From positions 29,452,001 to 29,516,000 of the forward strand of contig NC_058368.1 of NCBI RefSeq assembly GCF_018350175.1: a stretch of 64,000 nt of DNA, read 5' to 3'. The notes under the pieces were generated by a model. That model was not told the DNA's origin. It ran no database searches and saw nothing but the letters and a program-made list of their open reading frames with translations. Position 1 is the first letter of the stretch; each line of letters begins with the position of its first letter. Of the stretch, positions 47,376 through 59,201 are shown one piece after another. This DNA comes from Felis catus (Eukaryota). Made by a program: the position numbers and the translations under genes.

Positions 47376-50300
47376 ATACCGTGTGATGCTTGGACATGAT
47401 CGAGGTTTCTTTGGACATTTAAGTCTATCACTGATTGCATATTTGTAGGCTTTATCTTACATTACATCCCATCTAATGGGACAAAGGTATTCACAGACTC
47501 TTGTAAAGTTGTGAAGAATAGTCCATTAGTTGAATGGTGTGAAAATAATTATTGCTTCCATTGTTTGGCTAGAATATTTTGTTCCTTTGCTTAGCAGCTG
47601 CTTCATTTGGATGGTAGAAACTGAATTAGTAATCTCATTGAGTCAACTGAAATGATTACGGCAGTTTTCAACTGTTGGAGTAATCTCTTTCTCCCGTTAG
47701 TATTAAGAACCTACTTAAGAGAAATTTTTTCATCTCATATCTATCTTTGTGTTTTCTCAGATGGTCGGTATACTATAGTAAAAGTAGCTCTTGATCTATA
47801 CTACAAGTGTCTAGGCATTTCACCCTTTACAAAAATGTAACTCATTTGCTAATTGCTCTGTTGGTGGATAGAAAGAAATTACGCAGCAGATCTTTGGTCG
47901 TATAAATTTCTCTGCAGAAGCATTTTGATTTCCTCTCTTCCAGTTATAAATATCTGAATTAACACCATTATCGTGAGAAGACTCTTCCTAAACTTCTGTT
48001 TTCACTTTCATTCTCTCCCTGCTATAGGAATTCAGCTATCTTTTCTTTCATTTGCTTTTTTAATTGATGAATAGTAGGGTGTCAGCTCTTTTTCGTGTCC
48101 GTGTTTTACAGCGAGCCTGTAATGAAAAGCAGCCTCCCTCCTCTCCCCCTTAGCATTCTCAGTCCTGCTCCTCAGAGGCAGCCACTTCTTAGAGAAGTTT
48201 TGGGGTTTTTTAAAAAATTTATTTTCTTGGATCTATCCTTGTCCAGCCTTTTACTCTTATAGTAGAAGTTCTTCAAGGTAGCAGGAACTAGTATGATTTT
48301 ACAAGGTAAAACATCATGTGAAGTTCATTATCTGATGGATGCCCAGTCATATAGGGCCTTGTGTTTATGCAGAATTGTATACTTTAAAACATTTAAATTA
48401 AAGGAAATTGGTTATTTTCTGTGTTTTAGAAAAAACAGTCATATGAACAGTGAAACAAATTTTACAGTAAAACTATAAATATGAGGTGTTGAATTAATAA
48501 CTGTTAGTTTGTGTGAATCTTATTTTTTTATATCAAAATACTAAATGGAAGCTTAGTATTGTAATGGGGCGATTAATTTTCTTTCTTTTTTTTTTTTTTT
48601 ACTGAAATGTGCATGTAGGAGAATGTATAAAACATGGACTGCTCAAATATAATTGCAAAGTGTTTACCCATATTACAACCTAGGTTAAGAAATGGGCTCA
48701 TTATGTTAGAAGTCCCCCACTCCTGTCCCATGTTTGTTTCTCCTTAAAAATGATTACTGTCCTGATTTTTTTCATTATACTTTTACCCCTTTGAACTGCA
48801 TGTAAATGGAATCACACCATATATATTCTGTAGTGACTTGCTTCTTTCATTCAACTCTGTGAGATTATTTTAATTAATTTTAATTGCCATGTTATATTCC
48901 ATTGTCTGTCCAGACCAGAATGTATTCACTCTTTCTTATTGATGACATTAGATTATTTCTAGTTTGGAAACATTCTTGGACATGGTTTGTGGAACATATG
49001 TGCAAGAGTTCTTTAAGGCGGTATCATCACATTGAGGTATGAGAGAAGTTTACAAAAAGTATGGAGAGAATGGATAGTTTAAGATCATTTAGAGTTCTTC
49101 ATTATCTTTCCTAGGAACACATGCCTGCCATTGATGCCTTCTTACCCATTCAGCGTCTTACTTACTATGGTGTATTGTCCTGGGGGATAAAATCCTTGAG
49201 GACCCTAAACAGATGGGCAATTGATGCATTTCAGAGTATGTTGCAGACATCAATATATTTGACCACTAAACAGTTTACCATGCCTGTCATTTATTAACTG
49301 GAGTTATTTCAAACAATTTTGAATTAAAATTTTAACACAATAGATATAATATGGTCCCAATTATATACATAAAAACAATATGATTATTGATACATATGTA
49401 TTAAAGGTATAAAAATTGGACAGATAGGGACAACATCAAATTTAGGATAGTTGGGAGGGATAAAATGAGATTAGAGAGGGGATATATAGGAGTCTTTAGC
49501 TATATGTGGCCTTTTTTTCTCTTAAGAATCTGAAGCAGAATATGGTAAGATATTAGTATAAAGCTATTTCATAATAAATTTTCCTGTCTAAGGGGTAGTT
49601 ATTTTTGTCCCACATTTATAAATAACTGAGAAATAATGTTCATTTGATGAGAAGTCGATTTTTATTTTTTAATTTTTTAGATTTTTTTATTTTTAGAAGG
49701 TAATTTTTAAAAATGGTGAATAAGCTCTATCTACATCATAAAAAATATTAACTTCCTGCTTCACTGAATGATTAGCTAGATTCAGAACTAAGTTACATAA
49801 GACTGTGTCTATCCCATACAACTAACAAGATGGCCCTAGACATACTTCTCATGGATAACTTCCAGCTGAGATCCATTAACAAGTTGGAACTATAGTTTGC
49901 CAGAAATAATTTAATATTTAGAACCATCCCACATTCAAATATTCAAAAACACATTTCAGAACGAAAAGATTCATAAAACACACAGTTGGTAGAGTACTAA
50001 TTGACACTGATGAACTAATACCCTAAATTAGACTTTTGCATCTAGCCAGATTTATTGACATAATGGATGTTTCATTTGGCTTCCTTAAAATCCTTATTAT
50101 AATGGTAGCATTTCCTGTATCTTTAGTGGGTTTTTTTTGTTGTTGTTATAAAATTGATGTGGATTCTCTATGTAAGGGTTCTGAAATTTAATAATATAAT
50201 TGTAGGAATTGCTATAAAAAAGTGAAAGCATAGATCTTAATCCAGGTTTTTGCTTTCATAATCATCTCTTGGCTCTCTTTTCTAAGATATTTCCCACAGT

Positions 50301-50380
50301 GTATGTATAAGTAGTGGCAGGGACAAAAAAAAGAACAAATGAAATTAGAAGTCACAGGATTTTATGGTTCAGAAGGATTC

Positions 50381-50568
50381 TTTCTTTTTTTTTTTTTTAA
50401 TTAGTGTTGAAAAAGAGAGTGGGGGGGGTGGTAAAGGGAAGGGGATGGGGGATCTGAAGCATGCTCTACACTGACAGCAGAGAGCCCCATGCAGGGCTCA
50501 AACTCATGAACCATGAGATCATGACCTGAGTCAAAGTTAGACTCTCAACCGACTAAGCAACTCAGGCA
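50381..50568 (-). mobile_element. CanSINE
   Basis: Diverged body with poly-T tail. Confidence 0.85.
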
Positions 50569-50701
50569 TTATTCTTGATGCTACGGAATATATCCATGAA
50601 TAAAACATAGAAAATTTATTCATAAATTATGTTTTATTAACACCCATTTAAGATGTATTCTAATGTATACAAAGATAAGAAAAGTTACAAATAGATTAGA
50701 G

Positions 50702-50985
50702 TAGTGGTCCTCAAAGTGGTTTTTGGGATATACAGAGATGAAGAAAGCATACTAGAACTTAATTTTCAAAAGCTTTATTTTACTGGGGAAAAACTGTATC
50801 TCAGAGTTTTCTTTTCAATATAGTATTCTTCTGAGAGAGGATCTCTGTAAAAGGCATTTAATAAATAATAGCCCATCCTTGTAAAGAATTTGTATATTGA
50901 CAGATATAACCCATGGAAACAAAAGCTCTTTGTGGTCCTCAGTAACTTTTAAGAGTATAAATGGATCTTGACACTAAAAGAATGT
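50702..50985 (+). mobile_element. Charlie1-family non-autonomous hAT fragment
   Basis: Starts TAGTGGTCCTCAAAGTG; contains agatataacccatggaaacaaaagctctttgtggtcctcagtaacttttaagagt, matching the recalled Charlie1 3' end. Confidence 0.6.
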
Positions 50986-51883
50986 TGCATGATTGCAACC
51001 GGTGGTTTAAATACCATTCTTACAGATTTTTCCCTCCATTCTTTAATTTAGGAAACTATGGTTAAGTAACTTGCCTAAGAGTGAGTAATTTAATAGGTCA
51101 CTGATGCTTACAGCATTTGATTTAGTCCTTTTTCCTATTAATAATAAAGGAGAGTTTTACATATATTAAATCAGAGTTAAAAAAAATCACAAGTGTTCTA
51201 GACCAGAACTAAAATAAAAACATCAGTTTGGAGGTTTTTTCCCCAATGATGAAGATCTTAGGTGATCACTTTTACCATATATTTGTGCCCCTCCAAGTTC
51301 TTTTTACAACGACAGCAAAAGTTACTAAAATTGGGGTATTAAGTTACTTATATGTAATACATTAGAAGGTATTAATTATAGTGATTATATAAATATGTAA
51401 TGTATATTTAATATAATTACTTACACTTATGCTTAAATATTATGTTTAATGTTAAAATATTACATTGTAGCAAAGGAATGCAAATTAAATGAAATTACCT
51501 TTTTTGCCTATCATACTGACAAAAAATTAAAGTATTGCAGAATGGTGAGAACACCATGAAATGTGTTTGCGTGTATTCTAGTGATAGAAGTATTAACTGA
51601 AAAACCTTCTGGAGAGCAATTGACGTATATCAAATGTTTTGACATAATGATCTCAGTTGTAGGACTCTGTCTTAAAGAAAATTTAAGGATGGGAACACAG
51701 AGTAAGATCTGAAGATATTTGAACCACTGGTTTTAATAGTGTAGCAGTTTACAAGTTTTATACTTTATATCTTCTCAAAATTTGTCTTCTTTATACTCTT
51801 AAAGATAATGGAGGATCACAAAGAGCTCTTATTCATGTGAGTTTCATTCATCAGTATTTACCAGTATTAGAAATTAAAACACA

Positions 51884-52278
51884 GGGCACCTGGGTGCCTC
51901 AGTCGGTTAAGCATCCAACTTTGGCTCAAGTCATGACTTGCAGTTTGGGAGTTTGAGCCCCATGTCATGCTCTGTGCTGACAGCTCAGAGCTTGGAGCCT
52001 GCTTCAGTCTCCCTCCCCCTCCCCCTCTCTCCCTCTCCCCCTCCCCCTCTCTCCCTCTCCCCCTCCCCCTCTCTCCCTCTCCCTCTCTCCCTCTCCCTCT
52101 CTCCCTCCCTCTCCCTCTCTCCCTCCCTCTCCCTCTCTCCCTCCCTCTCCCTCCCTCTCCCTCCCTCTCCCTCCCTCTCCCTCCCTCCCTCTCCCTCCCT
52201 CTCCCTCCCTCTCCCTCCCTCCCTCTCCCTCCCTCTCCCTCCCTCTCTCTCCCTCTCTCTCCCTCCCCCCCCCCCCGC

Positions 52279-52331
<53 letters not shown>

Positions 52332-52378
52332 CTGTCTCTCAAAAGTAAATACACATTAAAGAAAAACAATTTTTAAAA
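51884..52378 (+). mobile_element. CanSINE with hugely expanded CT tract and (AC)24
   Basis: Head at 51884; TSD agaaattaaa(a/g)caca. Confidence 0.9.
52008..52328. repeat. 269-nt pure pyrimidine (CCCT/CT) tract followed by (AC)24
   Basis: No purine on + strand in 52008-52276; AC repeat at 52281-52328. Confidence 0.95.
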
Positions 52379-52414
52379 AGAAATTAAAGCACAATTTAAA
52401 AATATCGATATATT

Positions 52415-54040
52415 GGGGTGCCTGGGTAGCTCAGTTGGTTGAGTGTCCAACTTTGTTTTTTTTTTTTATATGAAATTTATTGACAAATTGGTTTCCATAC
52501 AACACCCAGTGCTCATCCCAAAAGGTGCTCTCCTCAATACCCATCACCCACCCTCTCCTCCCTCCCACCCCCCATCAAGCCTCAGTTTGTTCTCAGTTTT
52601 TAAGAGTCTCTTATGCTTTGGCTCTCTCCCACTCTAACCTGTTTTTTTTCTTTCCTTCCCCTCCCCCATGGGTTCCTGTTAAGTTTCTCAGGATCCACAT
52701 AAGAGTGAAACCATATGGTATCTGTCTTTCTCTGTATGGCTTATTTCACTTAGCATCACACTCTCCAGTTCCATCCACGTTGCTACAAAAGACCATATTT
52801 CATTTTTTCTCATTGCCACGTAATATTCCATTGTGTATATAAACCACAATTTCTTTATCCATTCATCAGTTGATGGACATTTAGGCTCTTTCCATAATTT
52901 GGCTATTGTTGAGAGTGCTGCTATGAACATTGGGTTACAAGTGGCCCTATGCATCAGTACTCCTGTATCCCTTGGATAAATTCCTAGCAGTGCTATTGCT
53001 GGGTCATAGGGTAGGTCTATTTTTAATTTTCTGAGGAACCTCCACACTGCTTTCCAGAGCGGCTGCACCAGTTTGCATTCCCACCAACAGTGCAAGAGGG
53101 TTCCCGTTTCTCCACATCCTCTCCAGCATCTATAGTCTCCTGATTTGTTCATTTTGGCCACTCTGACTGGCGTGAGGTGATACCTGAGTGTGGTTTTGAT
53201 TTGTATTTCCCTGATAAGGAGCGACGCTGAACATCTTTTCATGTGCCTGTTGGCCATCCGGATGTCTTCTTTAGAGAAGTGTCTATTCATGTTTTCTGCC
53301 CATTTCTTCACTGGGTTATTTGTTTTTCGGGTGTGGAGTTTGGTGAGCTCTTTATAGATTTTGGATACTAGCCCTTTGTCCGATATGTCATTTGCAAATA
53401 TCTTTTCCCATTCCGTTGGTTGCCTTTTAGTTTTGTTGGTTGTTTCCTTTGCTGTGCAGAAGCTTTTTATCTTCATAAGGTCCCAGTAATTCACTTTTGC
53501 TTTTAATTCCCTTGCCTTTGGGGATGTGTCGAGTAAGAGATTGCTACGGCTGAGGTCAGAGAGGTCTTTTCCTGCTTTCTCCTCTAAGGTTTTGATGGTT
53601 TCCTGTCTCACATTTAGGTCCTTTATCCATTTTGAGTTTATTTTTGTGAACGGTGTGAGAAAGTGGTCTAGTTTCAACCTTCTGCATGTTGCTGTCCAGT
53701 TCTCCCAGCACCATTTGTTAAAGAGGCTGTCTTTTTTCCATTGGATGTTCTTTCCTGCTTTGTCAAAGATGAGTTGGCCATACGTTTGTGGGTCTAGTTC
53801 TGGGGTTTCTATTCTATTCCATTGGTCTATGTGTCTGTTTTTGTGCCAGAGTGTCCAACTTTGGCTCAAGTCATGATCTCACAGTTTGGAAGTTCAAGCC
53901 CCACATTGGGCTCTGTGCTGACAGCTCGGAGCTTGGAGCCTGCTTCAGATTCTGTGTCTCCCTCTCTCTCTGCCCTTCCTCTGCTCACACTCTGTCTCTG
54001 TCTCTCTCTTTCAAAATTCAATAAACATTAAGCAATTTTT
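52415..54040 (+). mobile_element. CanSINE split by L1 (halves 52415-52455 and 53849-54040)
   Basis: Head ggggtgcctgggtagctcag; body resumes after the L1; own diverged TSD aaaatat.g.ta.att. Confidence 0.9.
52456..53848 (-). mobile_element. Young 5'-truncated felid L1 (L1_Fc-like), ORF2 C-terminus intact
   Basis: About 385 uninterrupted ORF2 codons to the stop at 52688, including the CCHC knuckle ([18 protein letters not shown]); 3'UTR with G-rich tract; poly-A; perfect 15-bp TSD gagtgtccaactttg at 52441-52455 and 53849-53863. Confidence 0.96.
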
Positions 54041-54549
54041 AAAATATTGGTACATTAATTTCTTAAAATAATAAACTCATTACATGTTAACTTAATTATT
54101 TTTATAAAAGACAACTATGTTTTCAAAAACAAAAACTGTATGGGAAGAAATGCAAATCTTTAATCTTTGGCCTAACAGAAGACAGCTAGATTTTCATATC
54201 TGCTTCTACATTAAATCTGTTGCAGTATGTTCCTTTGGTTGAACAATGTGCAGAAAATTTGGCCTACTTTAGATGTCTGCTTGGAAAAGGGAGATGTATT
54301 TTATAGCTGCTTCAGATGATTGTGGATTTCTTCTACTACACTACTGTGTAGTGGATACTACACTAAAACTCAACAAATGCTAGTCTCCTAAAGGTGCAAG
54401 GGACTCTGAAACCCTATCAATGAACTTTTTGTCCTCTGTAACATTGAAGTCCATTTGTCTGCCTTGCACTTTGAATGAATTAATATTTTCCTAAGCAACA
54501 TTTTGTAACATTCATTGGTCAACTGAGTATTCCAAATGTTGACATAATA

Positions 54550-54738
54550 TTTTTTTAATGTTTATTTTGAGCACAAGCAGGGGAGGGACAGAGAGAGAGG
54601 GAGGGTGAGAATCCCAAGTAGGCTGTGCACTGTTAGTGCATAGCTCGTCACAGGGCTTAAACTAATGAACTGTAAGATCATGAGCTGAGCCAAAATCAAG
54701 AGTGGGATGCTTAACTGAGTGAGCCACTCAGGTACCCC
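54550..54738 (-). mobile_element. CanSINE
   Basis: Typical diverged body. Confidence 0.87.
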
Positions 54739-54774
54739 TAAGAATCATGTTCTTTAATACTGTACCAATCTTAT

Positions 54775-55011
54775 GGGGTGCCTGGGTGGCTGAGTTGGTT
54801 AAGCATCCAACTTCAGCTCAGGTTATCATCTCATGGTTCTTGAGTTCGAGCCCCTTGTGAGGCTCTGTGTGGACAGCGTGGAGCTCTGTGCTTACAGCTT
54901 GGAGCCTGGATCCTGCTTCAGATTCTATATTTCCTTCTCCCTCTGCCCCTCCGCAACTCATACTGTCTCTCTCTCTCCCTCTTTTTGAAAAATAAACATA
55001 AAAAAAAAAAA
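54775..55011 (+). mobile_element. CanSINE with internal ~21-bp tandem duplication
   Basis: gctctgtgtggacagcgtgga / gctctgtgcttacagcttgga in tandem. Confidence 0.88.
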
Positions 55012-55016
55012 TACTA

Positions 55017-55225
55017 GGGGCACTTGTGTGGCTCAGTTGGTCTATGCGTCCGACTTTGGTTCAGGTCATGATTTCACTGTTTGTGAGTTCGAGCCCTGCA
55101 TTGGGCTGTGTGCTGACATTTCTGAGCCTGGAGCCTGTTTGGGATTCTGTGTCTCCCTCTCTTTCTGCCCTCTCCTGCTCTGTCTCTCTCAAAAGTAAAC
55201 ATTAAAAAAATTAAAAAAAAAAAAA
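55017..55225 (+). mobile_element. CanSINE
   Basis: Directly follows the previous SINE tail. Confidence 0.88.
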
Positions 55226-55326
55226 CCCAATCTTATCAAAAAGTCTTTTTAAGTATTGGAAAAGCTAAGAAGCCCAAAGTAGTAGATATAAATTTTCCAA
55301 AATTCTGATTTTCAGTTCAAAGCTCA

Positions 55327-55521
55327 TTTTTTTTTTTTTTTAACGTTTTATTTTTGAGAGAGCGCAGGTCTGGGAGGTGCAAAGACATGGAGGGACAGAG
55401 GATGAGAAGCAGGTTCTGTGCTGACAGCAGAGTGGGCTGGTGCGGGGCTCAAAGTCACAAACCCGGAGAGATCTTGACCTGAGCCAAAATCGGACGCTTA
55501 ACTGAGCCATCTAGGCACTTC
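55327..55521 (-). mobile_element. CanSINE
   Basis: Typical body; TSD aaagctca. Confidence 0.87.
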
Positions 55522-56743
55522 TGAAAGCTCACATGTTATCATTGGTGACAAATGCTGTTGTTTTCCTTGAAGTGACAGGGTCACTTTATTCATTTTGGGG
55601 AACATGTCTGCCAAACATCCAATTATGAATAATGAGTAATTCTTTCAAGTAAAAATGGCATTCCATGAAAAAAAGCAGCTAGTTTAGCTCACAACTCAAA
55701 TAATTAGTATTTTTTCTCAAGATAACCATTCTATTTAGAATTTGACAGAAGCACTTTATACATACTTCCTATTTTATCATTAAAAAGGCATGTATTTAAT
55801 GTTTGAGATTTAAGAAATTATTTTTACTCTTTGTCAAGGATATTCTTAAGTGAAACTGCCTTCTTTTGTAATGACTAGTGTGGTTTGGTAACCTAGCCCT
55901 GCTTCATGCTAAGGCACTAACAGTCACATCCACCTTTGCTTTTGCACTATTAGTTGTAAATGTGAACATGGTGCAAAAAGGCATATAATACCCTAGTGTT
56001 AGTCTGAAAATAGTTTTGACCTCGTGAACTCTCTGAAAAGGTTTATGAATCGTCTGTGGCTCTGAGAAGTACATTTTGGGAATCGCTGTAATATGGCAAC
56101 TTTAGAAATAGTCCAAGAGTCCAAAAATGGGGATTAGTTAACTAAGGGATGATTCTTCTACACAGTTCTATGATAGAATTTAAATTTGTGAAAGTTTATG
56201 TCAAATAAAAGCCGATTATACAGTACTTCTCTCATGAGGAAATCAACATTTCTTGAAGAAAGTGAAAGTATTGATCCTGACCCGCAACATTTGCCTTTAA
56301 TTGGTGATTTTGTGATTAATAAAAGGGAAATTAAAAGGCCAAGAAGGCAGCTGCTGGCTTCTCTTCTGTCCAAGGGGTTTCTGTGTAGTAACTCTGAGTT
56401 TAATTTTCAATATAAAAGGATCAATATCAGTATCAATCATTTTTATATGGTTTATGGAAAGAGGTGAAATATGCCTTCAAATTCACTTCTTCATGTAGAT
56501 TCACTTTCTCATTGGCATTTTCTGATTTACATTTTCTTAATGTGTTCTTAATTGGGAGAACTTTGAGTTGCTGTGTATTATTCAGCTTCAGAGTGAATTA
56601 AAGACGTAAGTTTCTGAAAACAAACATAGCCAGAGATTTTCTCATTGCAGCTGATATGATAACATATTCATGCCGGTGGAATCATCACTGTCAATAGTGG
56701 AGGGTGTAGCCTTTAAGCTGTCAGAAACTGTTACTGTTAGATG

Positions 56744-56768
56744 CCCCCCCCCCCCCCCCCCCCCCCCC
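56744..56768. repeat. C25 homopolymer
   Basis: Directly visible, followed by gccccggcccc. Confidence 0.9.
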
Positions 56769-59038
56769 GCCCCGGCCCCAGGCTTCTTGTTTAAGATCTC
56801 CACACATGGTTGTCTTATGGTGAACTGTGTTCTGCAGAAAGTCTGAACACTTTTTGTGAGAGGCATCACTGAAGGTAGGCTGCTTTGTAGATCTTAGATC
56901 TTTCTCTTTGTTATAATGGAAGCCTAATAACCATGACTTGTCTTCAGTAATAATACTTTTCTAAGCACTAAGTCAAGACTGTTTAATGTTTAAAATTTCT
57001 TTCAAATAATCTTTGTGTTTATTCAAAAATTTGTATCTTACATCTATTAAAGTATACTAGGAGAATATATATGATATGGTACTATTTATGTAAAGTTTAA
57101 AATATACCACACAAAACACTTACATATTAAAGCCTAAAGAAAATTAATGTAAACATTTTAAATTTAAATTAGAGTAATTAAAATTAATGTTATGTGTGTT
57201 TTAATTTGAGAGACAGTTTGAAACAGTTTGCATTTAGAAACATGATTTATTTGTAAATAACCTTACTGAAAATGTTTTATGATATGAACTTTCTACACTA
57301 GATGTCCTGTTTGATCCTTTGATCTGTGGATCAGAGACAAATTTGTATATTATAGAATAATTTACAGCCTCTTAGTCTGAGGAATAAACTGAAAGGGAAA
57401 GCGTAACACATTCTTGCCCTTGTTACAATCAAACCATTGTTAGCATATTTGATTTTTGAGAAGGTGGTGATAATAGGTTCTTAGATGCTATGAGACTTCC
57501 CACCATTTAGGGTGATTGACCAAGCATCAGACAGAGTCACAGGCTGTGGGAAGGGAGCTAATGTGTAAGGAAATGGATACTTCCCTTGGGGTTCCGAGAG
57601 CATTTATTCCTAAATACTGGGGATGGTTGAGGTAATACATTTATTTATAAGTAAGAGCAGCAACGTACTAAAGACATGCTAAGAAGACACTAATAACTCG
57701 TACACTCTTGAGAAGAATGAACTACATCCTTCCACTGAAAAATACTGGGTAAGAAAGAAATTGTTTTCCAAGCCAGTCATTTAATAAATGTTACTTCAGG
57801 AGCATGGTTCCATGCTTGAAGTTTACTATTAAGTGCATACTAAGCTTTGTTTAGGAAAGAGAGGTGACAGGAAGCTCAGGATGGGTTTATGTGCAGTAAA
57901 ATATTGAGTCATTTTGAACATTGACCTAGAAAGGAATAGCACTGAATCTTGGTGAAATGTAGTTGTGGTAAGGTAAGAATTGACCAATATGAATGGAGAA
58001 GATGGCTGCATTGCACCCAGAACTTTATAGATTGAGGCATATGAGTGATGAACTGAGGTGGTTCTTAAGAATTATTGGTTTGGAAAGCAGTTTGGCATGA
58101 TGAAAATTAAGCATCGCTGTTTTAGTTGTAATTAATTGGAAGTTTGCTTAACATGACTTAGAGCAGTAAGAATTCACTTTTTGAGAATAGAGTTTTATTT
58201 AGTTTATGTAATAGTTGAGAGTTGAACATAAATGAATAAGTAATATTAGCCAATTTGGGCAAGGGAGTAGAGATAGCTTGGTTGCAGTGGGTGGGGACAC
58301 AAATTATAATTTGGGAAGAGTGCTGACAAGAAGCCAAAGTGACCAAAGATCAGAGAGGCAAGTAATCTGTCCTGCTTTGTTGTGAGACAATTGCTTGAAG
58401 ATTAATTTTTTTTTAAGGTGGTACTTATCTTTTACTTATCTAGGTGGTCAAGTGTTACTTATCTAACCAGTTTGAGGGCTTGTTCTGTTGTTTAGACACT
58501 TGATGTTTTACTCAGTCATTGTGGTTAAGTCTTAATTTGTAAGATGTTAACTCCTAAGAATACTTTTTTAGAAAACTGTAATAATGAGTTTTTGTGTGCA
58601 ACTTAGATCCCAACCTCAAAATACCTTTTTACTTGCTCTGTTTTCATAAACACTCTTCACCATTTGTATGGTATATTTGACTGTGCTTTAATACATTTTC
58701 ACGTAAACTATTGGACTATTTATAAAACAAGACATAAAAATGTAGCAGAGAAGGCAGGAAATACTTGACGTTTGTATGCCATATCTTGTTGTCTGCTTCC
58801 TGTCAGTTAAACCACGATGAGAGGAACAGAGACACAGATGTACAATTGCTGCTTTAATTTCCCATTAGGGAGACCAGTTAAGTATAAGACTTGTTTCACT
58901 AAACTTGTGTCACTTGTTAATTCTAGTTATGTTGTAGCCTTGTTTTCTATTATAAGGACTATGGATTACAATTAGATGTTTGATATAGAAAATACATCTT
59001 TTACATAATTTAAAATGTGTTTATTTTTGTGGAAAAAA

Positions 59039-59201
59039 TTTTAATTTATTTATTTTGAGAGAGAAAATGTGGTTGGGGAGGGGATGAGAGAGAGGGGGAG
59101 AGAGAGAGAATCCCAAGCAGGCTCTGCATTCCCAGCATGGAACCCGGCAGAGCCGAAATCAAGAATTGGACGCTTAATTGACTAAGCCACCTGGTGCCCC
59201 C
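59039..59201 (-). mobile_element. CanSINE (internal deletion)
   Basis: Reverse head gactaagccacctggtgcccc. Confidence 0.85.

Larger units (their letters stand above)
51742..56088 (-). mobile_element. Charlie1a-like hAT DNA transposon, near full-length, fragmented by six SINEs and one L1
   Basis: Minus strand starts CAGCGATTCCCAAAATG..CACGAGGTCAAAACTATTTTCA (56088); fragments between the inserts continue the recalled Charlie1a consensus collinearly (GTCACTTCAAGGAAAACAAC, GCAGAAGCAGATATGA-like) to the degenerate TIR near 51742. Confidence 0.8.

Noticed and set aside
51867..52369. 120-150 aa (GE/RE)- and (PS/LS)-repeat ORFs
   Set aside because: Translations of the CT/AC microsatellite inside a SINE.
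52688..53869. 393-aa ORF as a host gene or active retroelement
   Set aside because: It is the C-terminal part of L1 ORF2. The first residues come from the flanking SINE via a TTG, with an in-frame stop just upstream, and there is no EN/RT core or promoter.
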